Source: an uncultured Lentisphaeria bacterium (GTDB lineage: Bacteria; Verrucomicrobiota; Lentisphaeria; JABSQK01; JAJFLO01). Taken from it: a stretch of DNA of 32,000 bases. Below, piece after piece: positions 17,440 through 26,998 of this stretch (its first letter is position 1; each line of letters starts with the position of its first letter). A model generated the notes under the pieces. It was not told where the DNA came from. It saw nothing but the letters and a program-made list of their open reading frames with translations, and made no database searches. Position numbers and translations under genes: made by a program. The stretch is taken from positions 660,001 through 692,000 of the forward strand of contig OX638337.1 of the NCBI GenBank assembly GCA_951812855.1, in the 5' to 3' direction.

Positions 17440-19212
17440 TTATTTATAGTTCGTGTCAAACTGTACTGTAAGAGGTTTAGGGGGCAGGGAAACTTTTTGA
17501 TCCATAGCATCTTCAAGGTCAGCAGCAGAATCTTCATCATACCACCAATAACTGTAAGCTGCTTTCTCTCGACCATATTTATCAAGAACAGTTTGAGGCA
17601 TACCGAATTTATTCCAGTAGAGTAATCTAGTGTAATTGATGTTCCAAAGCAGAACATAGGGATAGGTATGATAAACAATTTTATCGATTTTTTTCGCCAG
17701 CCTGTGTCGTGTTTGAATATCAAAAATTCTTTTTTGCTGATCGATAAATTTGTCAACATCTTCATTCTTGAAACCGGTAACATTATTTCCAGCTTTTCGA
17801 TCAGCCTCCTTTGATGCCCACATTCCTTCGGGGTCTTTATAAAGTGAGGCACCCCACGAAGCCCAGGTCATATCAAAGTTGAATTGATCCATATCTTTCG
17901 ACCAGGCGGCCCAGTCTTTCCGGTTGATCTCCAGTTTGATGCCAACATCTTTCAGGTCTTCGCTATAAATCGATAAAAATTTGTCGACTGACATATCTCG
18001 CGTCAAAAACTTGAATCTAAACGGAATCCCATCCTTCTCGAGTATTCCAGTCTTTGGGTTACCCTGCCAACCCGCTTCTTTTAACAATTGCCTGGCTTTA
18101 TCTTTATCAAATTTTATAAATTCATTGGTACAGGGCACCTCATCAGAATAAAGGTCCTCATAATATGACTTGTGAAGAAAATATTGATCATACATCAATG
18201 TTTTATTCATTTTTTCACGATCCAGTAAATGAGCCATTGCCTGTCTGACTTTTATATTACTAAAAATAGGTTTGCGCATATTCATTGCGAACCCCTGAAA
18301 ACCCACTGGAGAATAATTATAAACTTTTTGTTTTACTATCCAGTTTTTATCAAATTTTTCCCCTTTTGTTTCATTAACCCACAGCCGTGCTGTATAGACC
18401 GGATACAAATCAATTTGTCCTTTCTTAAATGCCTCAAATGCATTCTGACGATCTGCAAAAAACTTAAATGTTAAGGTTTGAAAATTACCCGTTCCCTGAC
18501 TGCGCTTCGCTGCTTTATTCCAATAATTGGATCGACGCACCAGTTTTACATACATTAATTCTCTTACTTCACCAATTTTATAGAGTCCGGATACCACAGG
18601 AAATTCAAAATTTATTTTATTAAAATCCTGTTTCTCAAAACTGTGTTTTGGTAATATTTCCAATGCTCCTATCGCCAATAAATTACTCCAATGAACTTCT
18701 CTTGCAGTGAAACTGATTTGGTGGGAATCTATAATCTTCGGAGAATGAAATTTTTCGAGAGATACTTTATGAACTCCCGTTAGATTCCCGGGATTCATAA
18801 TGGTATCAAATGTCCACTTAATATCGGCAGCAGTAATGGGTGTTCCATCACTCCATTTCGCCTTTTTATTCAGCCAAAATGTGAACACTGATTTGTCATC
18901 TGAGATTGACCACTTCTCAGCAATTAGCGGCTCTTCAACAAGAGTCAAAGGATTCCGGCTGAGCAGAGTATCGTACATGGCCGAAAACAATTCAGCACTG
19001 AAACTGTTGTTGTCCAGATAATAGTTAAAACTTTGAGGATTTTGTCCCGCGAAAATATTAATATTGCCACCGACTTCTGCATCAGAGCCGGCAAGCGGGT
19101 TGAGTTGATCTTTCCAGTCATTTCTCGGGAAAAAATCATCCGGGAAAGATGAAAATAATATTAAATAATAAGCAAAAATCAAGGCTGTAGTTTTCATTAA
19201 ATAAATCTGCAT
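17440..19212 (-). CDS. yejA: ABC transporter substrate-binding protein, family 5 (YejA/OppA-like)
   Basis: 590 aa with an N-terminal signal-like segment (MKTTALIFAYYLILFSS; the true start may be the ATG at 19197). SBP_bac_5-type sequence and YejA-like length. It heads the permease/ATPase operon. Confidence 0.85.
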   Translation of the reverse strand: MQIYLMKTTALIFAYYLILFSSFPDDFFPRNDWKDQLNPLAGSDAEVGGNINIFAGQNPQSFNYYLDNNSFSAELFSAMYDTLLSRNPLTLVEEPLIAEKWSISDDKSVFTFWLNKKAKWSDGTPITAADIKWTFDTIMNPGNLTGVHKVSLEKFHSPKIIDSHQISFTAREVHWSNLLAIGALEILPKHSFEKQDFNKINFEFPVVSGLYKIGEVRELMYVKLVRRSNYWNKAAKRSQGTGNFQTLTFKFFADRQNAFEAFKKGQIDLYPVYTARLWVNETKGEKFDKNWIVKQKVYNYSPVGFQGFAMNMRKPIFSNIKVRQAMAHLLDREKMNKTLMYDQYFLHKSYYEDLYSDEVPCTNEFIKFDKDKARQLLKEAGWQGNPKTGILEKDGIPFRFKFLTRDMSVDKFLSIYSEDLKDVGIKLEINRKDWAAWSKDMDQFNFDMTWASWGASLYKDPEGMWASKEADRKAGNNVTGFKNEDVDKFIDQQKRIFDIQTRHRLAKKIDKIVYHTYPYVLLWNINYTRLLYWNKFGMPQTVLDKYGREKAAYSYWWYDEDSAADLEDAMDQKVSLPPKPLTVQFDTNYK

Positions 19213-19229
19213 AGGGAATTAAAACCAAC

Positions 19230-19264
19230 ATCTACACACACGTGCACTGGTACTGTGTATAGAT
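19230..19264 (-). promoter_or_regulatory. imperfect hairpin/inverted repeat in the yejA leader
   Basis: ATCTACACACA (19230-19240) and TGTGTATAGAT (19254-19264) pair at 10 of 11 positions around a 13-nt loop that itself contains GTGCAC. It lies 18-52 nt upstream of the annotated start. Confidence 0.25.
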
Positions 19265-19817
19265 ATGTCGGCGGAACAAATAAATGTCTGGAATTAATTC
19301 TTCACAGAGAATTAATCACGTCATTATAGTAAATGTAACCGTTAGCTGTTTTGAATCATTAATAAGACAACCGGGTATCCGGCTTACCATCATTATGATT
19401 GTCGACTTCCTGACCGAGATGTAGAGCAACCGTCATCCTGTGCCGGCTACCGAAAAAATGGTGATTGTTGATAGTGAGAAAAGAATAATTATTTAAATAT
19501 AAGCACAAAACTTTAACCTCTCTGGTTTCAAACGGTCTTATAATCCAGTGAATTGCAATTGTCTATTTAGGGTCGTAAACAATTACAAGGTTTTTAATCA
19601 GTGCAAAATTAAATTTGCTCAATATAATAGATTTTATCATTTTCATGTCAAGATGTTATTATAACTGATTTTGGATGCAACAGTCATTTAACTAACTGAA
19701 TAAACCTCGCCAATGTCAGGTCATTATAAAATACTAATCGCCCAGGGCATTAAGTTTAATGACACTTTGATCCGGGAGAATGGCCGCATTCAGCAAGTAT
19801 TGAGTGAAACTAAAAAA

Positions 19818-21611
19818 TCACATTGCTTCCAGGGTTTCAATTCCCAAGACTGACAGACCGTCTTTTAAGACAATTTGTACTCGTTTACATAATTCAAGAC
19901 GCGTAATTTTCAAAGACCCGTTTTTCGCGGACAGGACACTGTGATTTTTGTAAAACCTGTTAAAATTTTTAGTCAGATCAAGTAAGTAATTAGCTAAATA
20001 TGCTGGATCACAGTCCGCTGCTGATTTTTTCAGGACAGCCCCGTATCGTGCACATTGCAGAGCTACAAATTTCTCTTCCTTTGAATCGAGCTTTTCCCAA
20101 TCGATTTTTCTGTTTGAATTATTATTTTCTCTTTCAAATTTTCGTAAGATTGATGCGATGCGTGCATAGGCGTATTGGACATAAGGGCCGGTATCTCCTT
20201 CAAATTTAATTGAGGCTTCGGGATCAAATGTCAGTGTCGTTTTTGCATTCACTTTCAACAACATAAATTTTACGGCACCCATTCCTATCTTTTCAGCCCG
20301 TTCTTCAATATTCTCAGGGATTGAAGAACGGCATCGTTCTGTGGTTGATGCATGTGCTAATTCTGCCATTTCATCGAATAAGTTATCTGCATCAACAACA
20401 GTACCTTCTCTGCTTTTCATTTTTCCGCCCGGCAAATTAACCATCCCATACGGGATGTGCATTAGATTATCCGAACATGTTAACGTCATTTTTTGAAGGA
20501 TGGCAAATAAAACCTTAAAATGATAGATCTGTTCATCACCAACTATCCATAACATTCTGTCAGGTGCATGATCAGAATATTTTTGAAACGTTGTGCCAAT
20601 ATCCTGAGTGATGTAAACGGTGGTACCATCTTTTCGAAGTACAACTTTCTTATCAAGACCAACATCTGTCAGATCAATTTCAACAGCACCATCCGCGGTA
20701 AGGTTGAATATACCATCTTCAAGTCCATCGAGTACGAGTGTTTTTCCCAGTTTATACGTATCACTTTCAAAATAGGTATGATCAAATTGTATACCCATTC
20801 GTTCATACGTTTGATTAAACCCCTCCAGAACCCAACTATTCATCAATTTCCAAAGAGACATCACCTCACGATCCCCCTTCTCCCAGGACACAAGTAATTC
20901 CCGGGCAGCTTTCCCTATTTCAGTATTTAGGAATAATGCCTGATTTGACTGGTCATGCAGTGAGGCGTTTTCTTCTCTTATTTTATCGAGCTGCTTCTGA
21001 AATTCACGCTCAAATTTAACATAAAAATCACCGACAAAGTGATCCCCTTTTTTATCGCTGTCCGATGGTGATTTATTCGCTCCAAACCGTTGGTAAGCAA
21101 GCATTGATTTACAAATATGAATCCCCCGGTCATTGACAAGATTCACTGCAGTTACATCATGTCCGACTCGAGAAAACAATGCACATAATGCTCTGCCCAG
21201 GACATTATTACGAATATGTCCCAGATGCTGCGGTTTATTCGTATTTGGTGCAGAAAATTCAATTAATATTTTTTCCTGATCACTTGCCGGAATTAAGCCA
21301 TCATCAAGAATTGCCTGTTCGACAGCAACCGTATCCCGATATAATGCTTTTGCTGTCAATGTTATATTTACGAAGGCCTTTACACATTCAACGTCTTCTG
21401 TTTCTGAATGGGAATTAAGAAAATCAACAACTTTTTTTGCTAAGTCAACGGGGTTCGATTTGAACTGCCTGGCAAGACGAAAACAGTTTACCGTCAGGTC
21501 CATCCCCTGGTCACGCGGACATAATTCGGGAACAATGTCTATCAGCCCAGGATCTATATTGTATTCTGTTGATAAATTTGATTTCAGATCACTAATGCAT
21601 TTAAAATTCAT
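19818..21611 (-). CDS. argS: arginine--tRNA ligase
   Basis: 597 aa. It has the class I HIGH motif region FSAPNTNKPQHLGHIRNNVLG, a KMSK-like MKSREG, and the DALR anticodon-binding C-terminus ending ...ETLEAM. Confidence 0.95.
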   Translation of the reverse strand: MNFKCISDLKSNLSTEYNIDPGLIDIVPELCPRDQGMDLTVNCFRLARQFKSNPVDLAKKVVDFLNSHSETEDVECVKAFVNITLTAKALYRDTVAVEQAILDDGLIPASDQEKILIEFSAPNTNKPQHLGHIRNNVLGRALCALFSRVGHDVTAVNLVNDRGIHICKSMLAYQRFGANKSPSDSDKKGDHFVGDFYVKFEREFQKQLDKIREENASLHDQSNQALFLNTEIGKAARELLVSWEKGDREVMSLWKLMNSWVLEGFNQTYERMGIQFDHTYFESDTYKLGKTLVLDGLEDGIFNLTADGAVEIDLTDVGLDKKVVLRKDGTTVYITQDIGTTFQKYSDHAPDRMLWIVGDEQIYHFKVLFAILQKMTLTCSDNLMHIPYGMVNLPGGKMKSREGTVVDADNLFDEMAELAHASTTERCRSSIPENIEERAEKIGMGAVKFMLLKVNAKTTLTFDPEASIKFEGDTGPYVQYAYARIASILRKFERENNNSNRKIDWEKLDSKEEKFVALQCARYGAVLKKSAADCDPAYLANYLLDLTKNFNRFYKNHSVLSAKNGSLKITRLELCKRVQIVLKDGLSVLGIETLEAM

Positions 21612-21916
21612 CGTTGTTCCCGCTTTGAATAATTGTTTTCATTGCTTACACTAAAACTTAATCATGGTTTTAAACCTCAAAAAATAAGATATGTTTTCTA
21701 CGCTTCTAATTGAAAACATCTCTAATGAAAATTCCAGGGTATTAAAATGAAGAAAATACCAAGCGGTTCATTTGGTTTAATTAACATACCTGGAAGGATA
21801 AAAGAGTATTCAGCCATATATTATAACTGAGCAAAATTTAAGACAAATAAAATGCATTAATTTCAGAACACTCATTTATCCAGACAACCGCCTGCAAATT
21901 CAGATGGAGGAACTAA

Positions 21917-23944
21917 ATGAATAATGTACCAATAGATAAAATCAGAAATTTTGCAATAGCCGGTCATGCCGGTGCAGGAAAAACATCTCTGTCTGATTTA
22001 ATATTATTTAAATCTGGTAAAGTCTCACGCCTCGGTAAAGTACAAGAGAAAAACAGTGTTTCTGACTATCATCCAGACGAACATGAACGACAAAACAGCA
22101 TTTATGCGACACCGCTTAATTGTCAATGGAATGACCACACATTCTTTTTTATTGATACCCCTGGATACGCAGATTTTTTTGGAGATACTAAAGCGGCACT
22201 AAGTATTGTTGACAGTACATTAGTTGTTATCAATGGAGTTGAGGGAATTGAAATCGGTACCAGCCGAGCCTGGAAAACCTCCCGGGAGAAAAATCAACCA
22301 AGAATGATTTTTATTAATGCTCTGGATAAAGAATATGCAGATTTCGAGAAAATTTTGGAATCTATCCAGAAAAACTATGGAAAAACAGTTTGTATTCCAT
22401 TTACACTTCCAGTCGGCAGAGAATCAAATTTTAAGGATGTCGTCCACGTTCTTCGATCAGATAACATCCCGGATGAGCTCAGGGAAAGTGTAGAAAAATA
22501 TAAAAGTTCATTAATGGATACCGCAGCTGAATCCGATGAGGAATTAATGATGCGCTATCTTGATGGGGAAGAATTATCAGAAGAGGAAATTTCTCATGGG
22601 CTGAGAGATGCGATTTTTAATGGTTCACTTGTCCCGGTATTTTCAGGCAGTGTTGAAAAAGATATTGGTATAAAAGAATTAATGAATGGTATCGTGAATC
22701 TTCTATGCAATCCTTTCACAGCCCAATCAATCCCAATGGATGAAGGAGAAATGGAATTAAAGGAATCAGGTGCCGGCAAAGCATTTGTTTTTAAGACAGT
22801 GGCTGATCCGTTTATTGGTCAATTGTCGTTTTTCAGGGTTTATTCAGGTATTCTTAATGCGGATTCAGATGTTTACAATGTAACAAAGAGTTCGAAGGAA
22901 CGATTAGGCCATTTTCATTTACTGAATGGCAAAGAACAAACGACCATCAAAAATGCCTATCCCGGTTATATCATCGCCGTCGCAAAATTAAAGCATACAA
23001 AAGTCAATGATACCATTTCGACAACCTCGGGCGGCCCGCAGTTTCTACCAATAAAATTTCCAAAACCAAATATGTCGTATGCATGTTATCCCACGAAACG
23101 TGGAGATGAGGATAAAATTATCTCGGGTCTAAATCGACTTGCTGATGAAGATCCAACTGTAAAAGTTGAACGACATCCTGAAACCCGTGAATTCCTTATT
23201 TCCGGAATTGGTGATCAACATTTGAAGATAATAATAAATCGACTCAAATCAGATTTTAAGACGGATATTGACCTGCGAACACCAAAAGTGCCCTATCGCG
23301 AAACGATTACCAAAACTGGAATTGGCAAATATCGACACAAAAAACAGTCTGGAGGACATGGTCAATTTGGAGAGGTCTGGTTACGTGTCGAGCCCCTGCC
23401 AGATGAATATTTTGAATTTGCCAGTGAGGTTGTAGGTGGAAATATTCCTAAAAATTATATCCCTTCTGTGGAGAAAGGAATTAAGGAAGCCATGAAGAAA
23501 GGGGACCTGTCAAATTCAAGAATTATTAATGTTAAAGTAATTGTTTATGATGGAAAATATCATGCAGTGGATTCATCCGATATCGCATTTCAAATTGCAG
23601 GAAGAGGTGCATTCAGGGATGCAATAAAACAGGCCAATCCAAAGATATTAGAGCCTTATATGCACTTGAAAATATTGATTCCAGACCAGTACATGGGAGA
23701 CATAACGGGCGATCTAAATCAAAGACGAGGTCGAATTCAGGGGATGAATATTGAGGAAGGCATGCAACTTGTTGAAGCTGAAGTACCCATGGCAGAAGTT
23801 CATAGTTACGCCTCGCAATTGCGTTCAATTACCCAGGGGAAAGGACGATTTAATATGGCATTTTCTCATTATGAACAAGTACCTGAAAATATTTCAAAAC
23901 AGATCGAAAAAACTGCAGATAAAGAAACCCATGACGATCATTAA
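21917..23944 (+). CDS. elongation factor G paralog (EF-G II / EF-G-2-like)
   Basis: GGAGGA SD. It is collinear with EF-G across domains I-V (DTPGYADF, PKVPYRETI, KKQSGGHGQFG, DGKYHAVDSS). G1 is AGHAGAGKTS rather than AHxDxGKT, as in Thermus EF-G-2. G4 is NALD rather than NKxD. Confidence 0.85.
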   Translation: MNNVPIDKIRNFAIAGHAGAGKTSLSDLILFKSGKVSRLGKVQEKNSVSDYHPDEHERQNSIYATPLNCQWNDHTFFFIDTPGYADFFGDTKAALSIVDSTLVVINGVEGIEIGTSRAWKTSREKNQPRMIFINALDKEYADFEKILESIQKNYGKTVCIPFTLPVGRESNFKDVVHVLRSDNIPDELRESVEKYKSSLMDTAAESDEELMMRYLDGEELSEEEISHGLRDAIFNGSLVPVFSGSVEKDIGIKELMNGIVNLLCNPFTAQSIPMDEGEMELKESGAGKAFVFKTVADPFIGQLSFFRVYSGILNADSDVYNVTKSSKERLGHFHLLNGKEQTTIKNAYPGYIIAVAKLKHTKVNDTISTTSGGPQFLPIKFPKPNMSYACYPTKRGDEDKIISGLNRLADEDPTVKVERHPETREFLISGIGDQHLKIIINRLKSDFKTDIDLRTPKVPYRETITKTGIGKYRHKKQSGGHGQFGEVWLRVEPLPDEYFEFASEVVGGNIPKNYIPSVEKGIKEAMKKGDLSNSRIINVKVIVYDGKYHAVDSSDIAFQIAGRGAFRDAIKQANPKILEPYMHLKILIPDQYMGDITGDLNQRRGRIQGMNIEEGMQLVEAEVPMAEVHSYASQLRSITQGKGRFNMAFSHYEQVPENISKQIEKTADKETHDDH

Positions 23945-24247
23945 GGCTCTGAAGTCAGTTTAATGATCTGACTGGATCGAAATAATATCATTGTGATTTA
24001 CCCTTCATTTTTAATATAAATTTGGATTGAAAAAATAGATTCTTTTTTAAACAGCCAGATCATAATTCTTAAATGGAAATCAACCTTCCCTTCACTATTC
24101 AGTTGGATTTACTGGCGAAGAGACTTAAAATGTGCTTGTCTTTCATATTAACATCCTATAAGCGAACTCCTTAAAGTTGAATTCAATAATTTTTAGATAA
24201 GAAAAAGTAGTGAAAATAAGTCCAATAATCTATGCGTATGTAAAGAC

Positions 24248-24952
24248 ATGAAACACCCCATTACTCACTATCTCTTTCAGGGAATCAGGATCCTTCTTAT
24301 TCCCATAATGCTCTGGGTGATTTTGGGATTAATATTGGCAGGATCAAAACTCACATTTTCAATTGGTTATAACCATTCCCTATACTTGGCAGGGATCGGG
24401 TTTTGTTCAGGATTGGTTATTTTTTCGATTAATTCTTCCCCGTTTATGAGATTGTACGTCGCCGGTCATGAACTAACCCACTGGTTGACAGCAAAAGCAT
24501 TTCGCAGACGAACCGGAAGACTTAGAATCGGCAAAGCAGAAGGCAGTGTAAGTGTACAACGTCCCAATATATGGATTATGCTTGCACCATATTTTTTCCC
24601 GTTTTATACCGTGGTTTGGATTTCTGTTATAAAAATTATTGAAATTTGGTATATAGAAACGGGATTGCTGATTGCATTATACCTGGGGACAGGGTTAACC
24701 TATGCCTATCATATTTTTATGACGATGCTTGCACTGTCAAAAGAACAAACCGATTTAAAAATGTACGGTTATTCATTTTCCATGTGTTTAATCATTTTAA
24801 TAAATTTTTTCATTGTATACTGTGGTTTATCCCTTTTTTCAGATAATGTAGAATACAGTGCTACACTATTAAAAAAAACTTATATTTCTCAATGGAACTT
24901 ACTTACTGAATTATTTTTATGGATACTACAGACGCAGATATACAGGAATTAA
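24248..24952 (+). CDS. hypothetical polytopic membrane protein with HExxH (putative M50B/DUF3267-like zinc metalloprotease)
   Basis: 234 aa with multiple TM segments. It has one HExxH (VAGHELTHW) next to a TM helix and a downstream Asp (EQTDLKMYG). The family call is tentative. Confidence 0.5.
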   Translation: MKHPITHYLFQGIRILLIPIMLWVILGLILAGSKLTFSIGYNHSLYLAGIGFCSGLVIFSINSSPFMRLYVAGHELTHWLTAKAFRRRTGRLRIGKAEGSVSVQRPNIWIMLAPYFFPFYTVVWISVIKIIEIWYIETGLLIALYLGTGLTYAYHIFMTMLALSKEQTDLKMYGYSFSMCLIILINFFIVYCGLSLFSDNVEYSATLLKKTYISQWNLLTELFLWILQTQIYRN

Positions 24953-26340
24953 TTTCAGACAGTTTTGCTGATTTTAAATCATCATTTGAAACGGGGGAAA
25001 AAATCAGAGGAGTGATTTCCTCTATAACCAGAGCCAATATTTTTGTTGATATCAACTCGAAAGGCGAAGGTATTATTGACAAGAATGAATTTATTAAAGA
25101 TGGTAAGCTGTCCATAAAAATCGGTGATGAAATTGACGCATATTTTGCAGGAATAGGAACAAGTAATGAACTGTTGTTAACTGTAAGCCGAAAAATGAAA
25201 CAGGAAGCAAATGATGATTCTATTCAAGAAGCTTTATCAGCCGGGATTCCAATCGAAGGGAAAGTAGTTTCTGAACGTAATGGAGGATTTGAAATAAAAA
25301 TCGGGAACCATTCAGGTTTTTGTCCTTATTCACAAATTGATCTGTTTCCAGACAGCGATAAGTCTGTTTATCTGGGACACCGCCTGTCATTTATGATTCA
25401 GGAATATTCGGGTGACAATTTAGTTGTATCACGACGAAAATGCCTGGAGGCAGAAAAAAGCAGACAATTAGAAGAACACCAAAATTCCTTGAATGAAGGA
25501 GACATTGTTGAAGGAACGGTAACAAATATTCTCGATTTTGGTGCATTTGTTGATATTGGCGGGCTTGACGGGCTTGTTCCAATTCAAGAAATTTCCTGGA
25601 AAAAAGTAAAAAATATCGCGGATGAAATAAAGCCCCAATCCAGAGTAGCGGTCAAAATCCTTAAAATAAACTGGGACGACAATAAAATTCTACTGAGCAT
25701 CAAACAAGCCGGAAAAAATCCCTGGGATGACATTGAAGATAAATTTCATGAAACCAGGCAGTATACCGGCACCGTTACTAATTTAAAGGACTTTGGTGCA
25801 TTCGTAGCAATTGATGATGGGATCGAAGGATTAATTCATATTTCGAAACTTGGGGCTGGCAAACGATTGAAACATGCATCCGAAGTATTAAAAGAGGATG
25901 AGGAAATTCAGGTATATATTGAATCTATAGATTTGGAGAAAAAGCGACTGTCATTTACACTGGAAAATCCCAAACAAGGTCGAACACTCGATGTCGAAGG
26001 TGAAAAGATTACAATAGGCGAAGAAAAACCGGGAATTGTTGAAGGCATAAAACAATATGGCATTTTTGTAAAATTTTCCTCGTCCCGAACCGGCCTGCTG
26101 CATGTAAGTGAAATCCCGTTTGAAGGCCATGTAAACAAAATCAAAAATATGTATGATCGCTTTCCTCCGGGAAGTGATATTCTTGTTATCATCAAAAATA
26201 TTCAGAAAAATAAAATTTCTCTATCCCTGCCCGGATCAAATGATAATAATGACAATGATTACCGTGAATTTCTTGCATCAGAAACAAATCAAAATCAATT
26301 TAACAGTATCAGTGATGCATTTGATGATTTGACTATCTGA
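24919..26340 (+). CDS. S1 RNA-binding repeat protein (ribosomal protein S1-like, five S1 domains)
   Basis: Five OB/S1 repeats, e.g. GDIVEGTVTNILDFGAFVDIGGLDGLVPIQEISW, YTGTVTNLKDFGAFVAIDDGIEGLIHISKL and GIVEGIKQYGIFVKFSSSRTGLLHVSEI. It has an Asn/Asp-rich tail. The start overlaps the previous ORF by 34 nt. Confidence 0.8.
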   Translation: MDTTDADIQELISDSFADFKSSFETGEKIRGVISSITRANIFVDINSKGEGIIDKNEFIKDGKLSIKIGDEIDAYFAGIGTSNELLLTVSRKMKQEANDDSIQEALSAGIPIEGKVVSERNGGFEIKIGNHSGFCPYSQIDLFPDSDKSVYLGHRLSFMIQEYSGDNLVVSRRKCLEAEKSRQLEEHQNSLNEGDIVEGTVTNILDFGAFVDIGGLDGLVPIQEISWKKVKNIADEIKPQSRVAVKILKINWDDNKILLSIKQAGKNPWDDIEDKFHETRQYTGTVTNLKDFGAFVAIDDGIEGLIHISKLGAGKRLKHASEVLKEDEEIQVYIESIDLEKKRLSFTLENPKQGRTLDVEGEKITIGEEKPGIVEGIKQYGIFVKFSSSRTGLLHVSEIPFEGHVNKIKNMYDRFPPGSDILVIIKNIQKNKISLSLPGSNDNNDNDYREFLASETNQNQFNSISDAFDDLTI

Positions 26341-26403
26341 TTACGGCGTAGAAATTTTTCTGCTTATCCGGGATTTTCGTTTAATGTCAACAGAAAACAG
26401 CTG

Positions 26404-26673
26404 TCAAAAGAGTAAGATTACAGGTTGACTTGCATCACTATATTTAGTGATGTCAAAATCTTCTGAAACGTTTCCATGTTTTTTTGCAATTCTTAGACGA
26501 TTAAATAATTCCAAAATACATTCTTCACGGCCAAATTCCTTCCACATTAATACTTCGTCGATCAGGAAAGCCTGAGTTGTACAATAGTAAGAATGAGTGG
26601 AATATTCTTGAGCACAGCAGGATACTCTTTTAGCCTGATGCTCTTTACAGTTTTGGAATAGATAGATCATCAT
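26404..26673 (-). CDS. hypothetical protein (89 aa), possibly the 3' part of a frameshifted ~135-aa gene
   Basis: Track ORF. Its frame stays open upstream to 26742, and a 39-codon ORF (26709-26828, MEEVRKIRIISDFCEIARDMYYLATGLY...) overlaps it out of frame. No family recognised. Confidence 0.35.
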   Translation of the reverse strand: MMIYLFQNCKEHQAKRVSCCAQEYSTHSYYCTTQAFLIDEVLMWKEFGREECILELFNRLRIAKKHGNVSEDFDITKYSDASQPVILLF

Positions 26674-26998
26674 AATGATAAATTTAATCTGACAGTTCGC
26701 AATTTCAGCTAATTTTTTCCAAACCGACCATGTCGTCTTCGGCTATATAAACCCGTTGCAAGATAATACATATCCCGTGCAATTTCACAAAAATCACTGA
26801 TTATCCTTATTTTTCTTACCTCTTCCATAGACCCATTCGCCTTCGTTATTCCCCTTGAAATGCTCTCAATTTAATCTTATTACAAAATTTATCGGTTAAC
26901 AGTTTTACTATTTTAGATTAAATCTCATATTTATCATTATTTGTAAGGGTATGAAAATACAGGAAAAACTTAATTGATAAAATGAAAGGAAAATTCAA

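Noticed and set aside
19371-19452. GC-rich island considered as a TPP or other known riboswitch
   Set aside because: It lacks the CUGAGA/ACCUGA TPP core and any other class signature I know. A peptide importer is also not an expected target. It is kept only as an unclassified structured element in the findings.
23953-23973. Hairpin AGTCAG-N9-CTGACT after the EF-G II stop as a rho-independent terminator
   Set aside because: The stem is only 6 bp, the loop is long, and no U-tract follows. Other post-gene hairpins (7111-7142, 28187-28218) are similarly weak, so I do not call any terminators.
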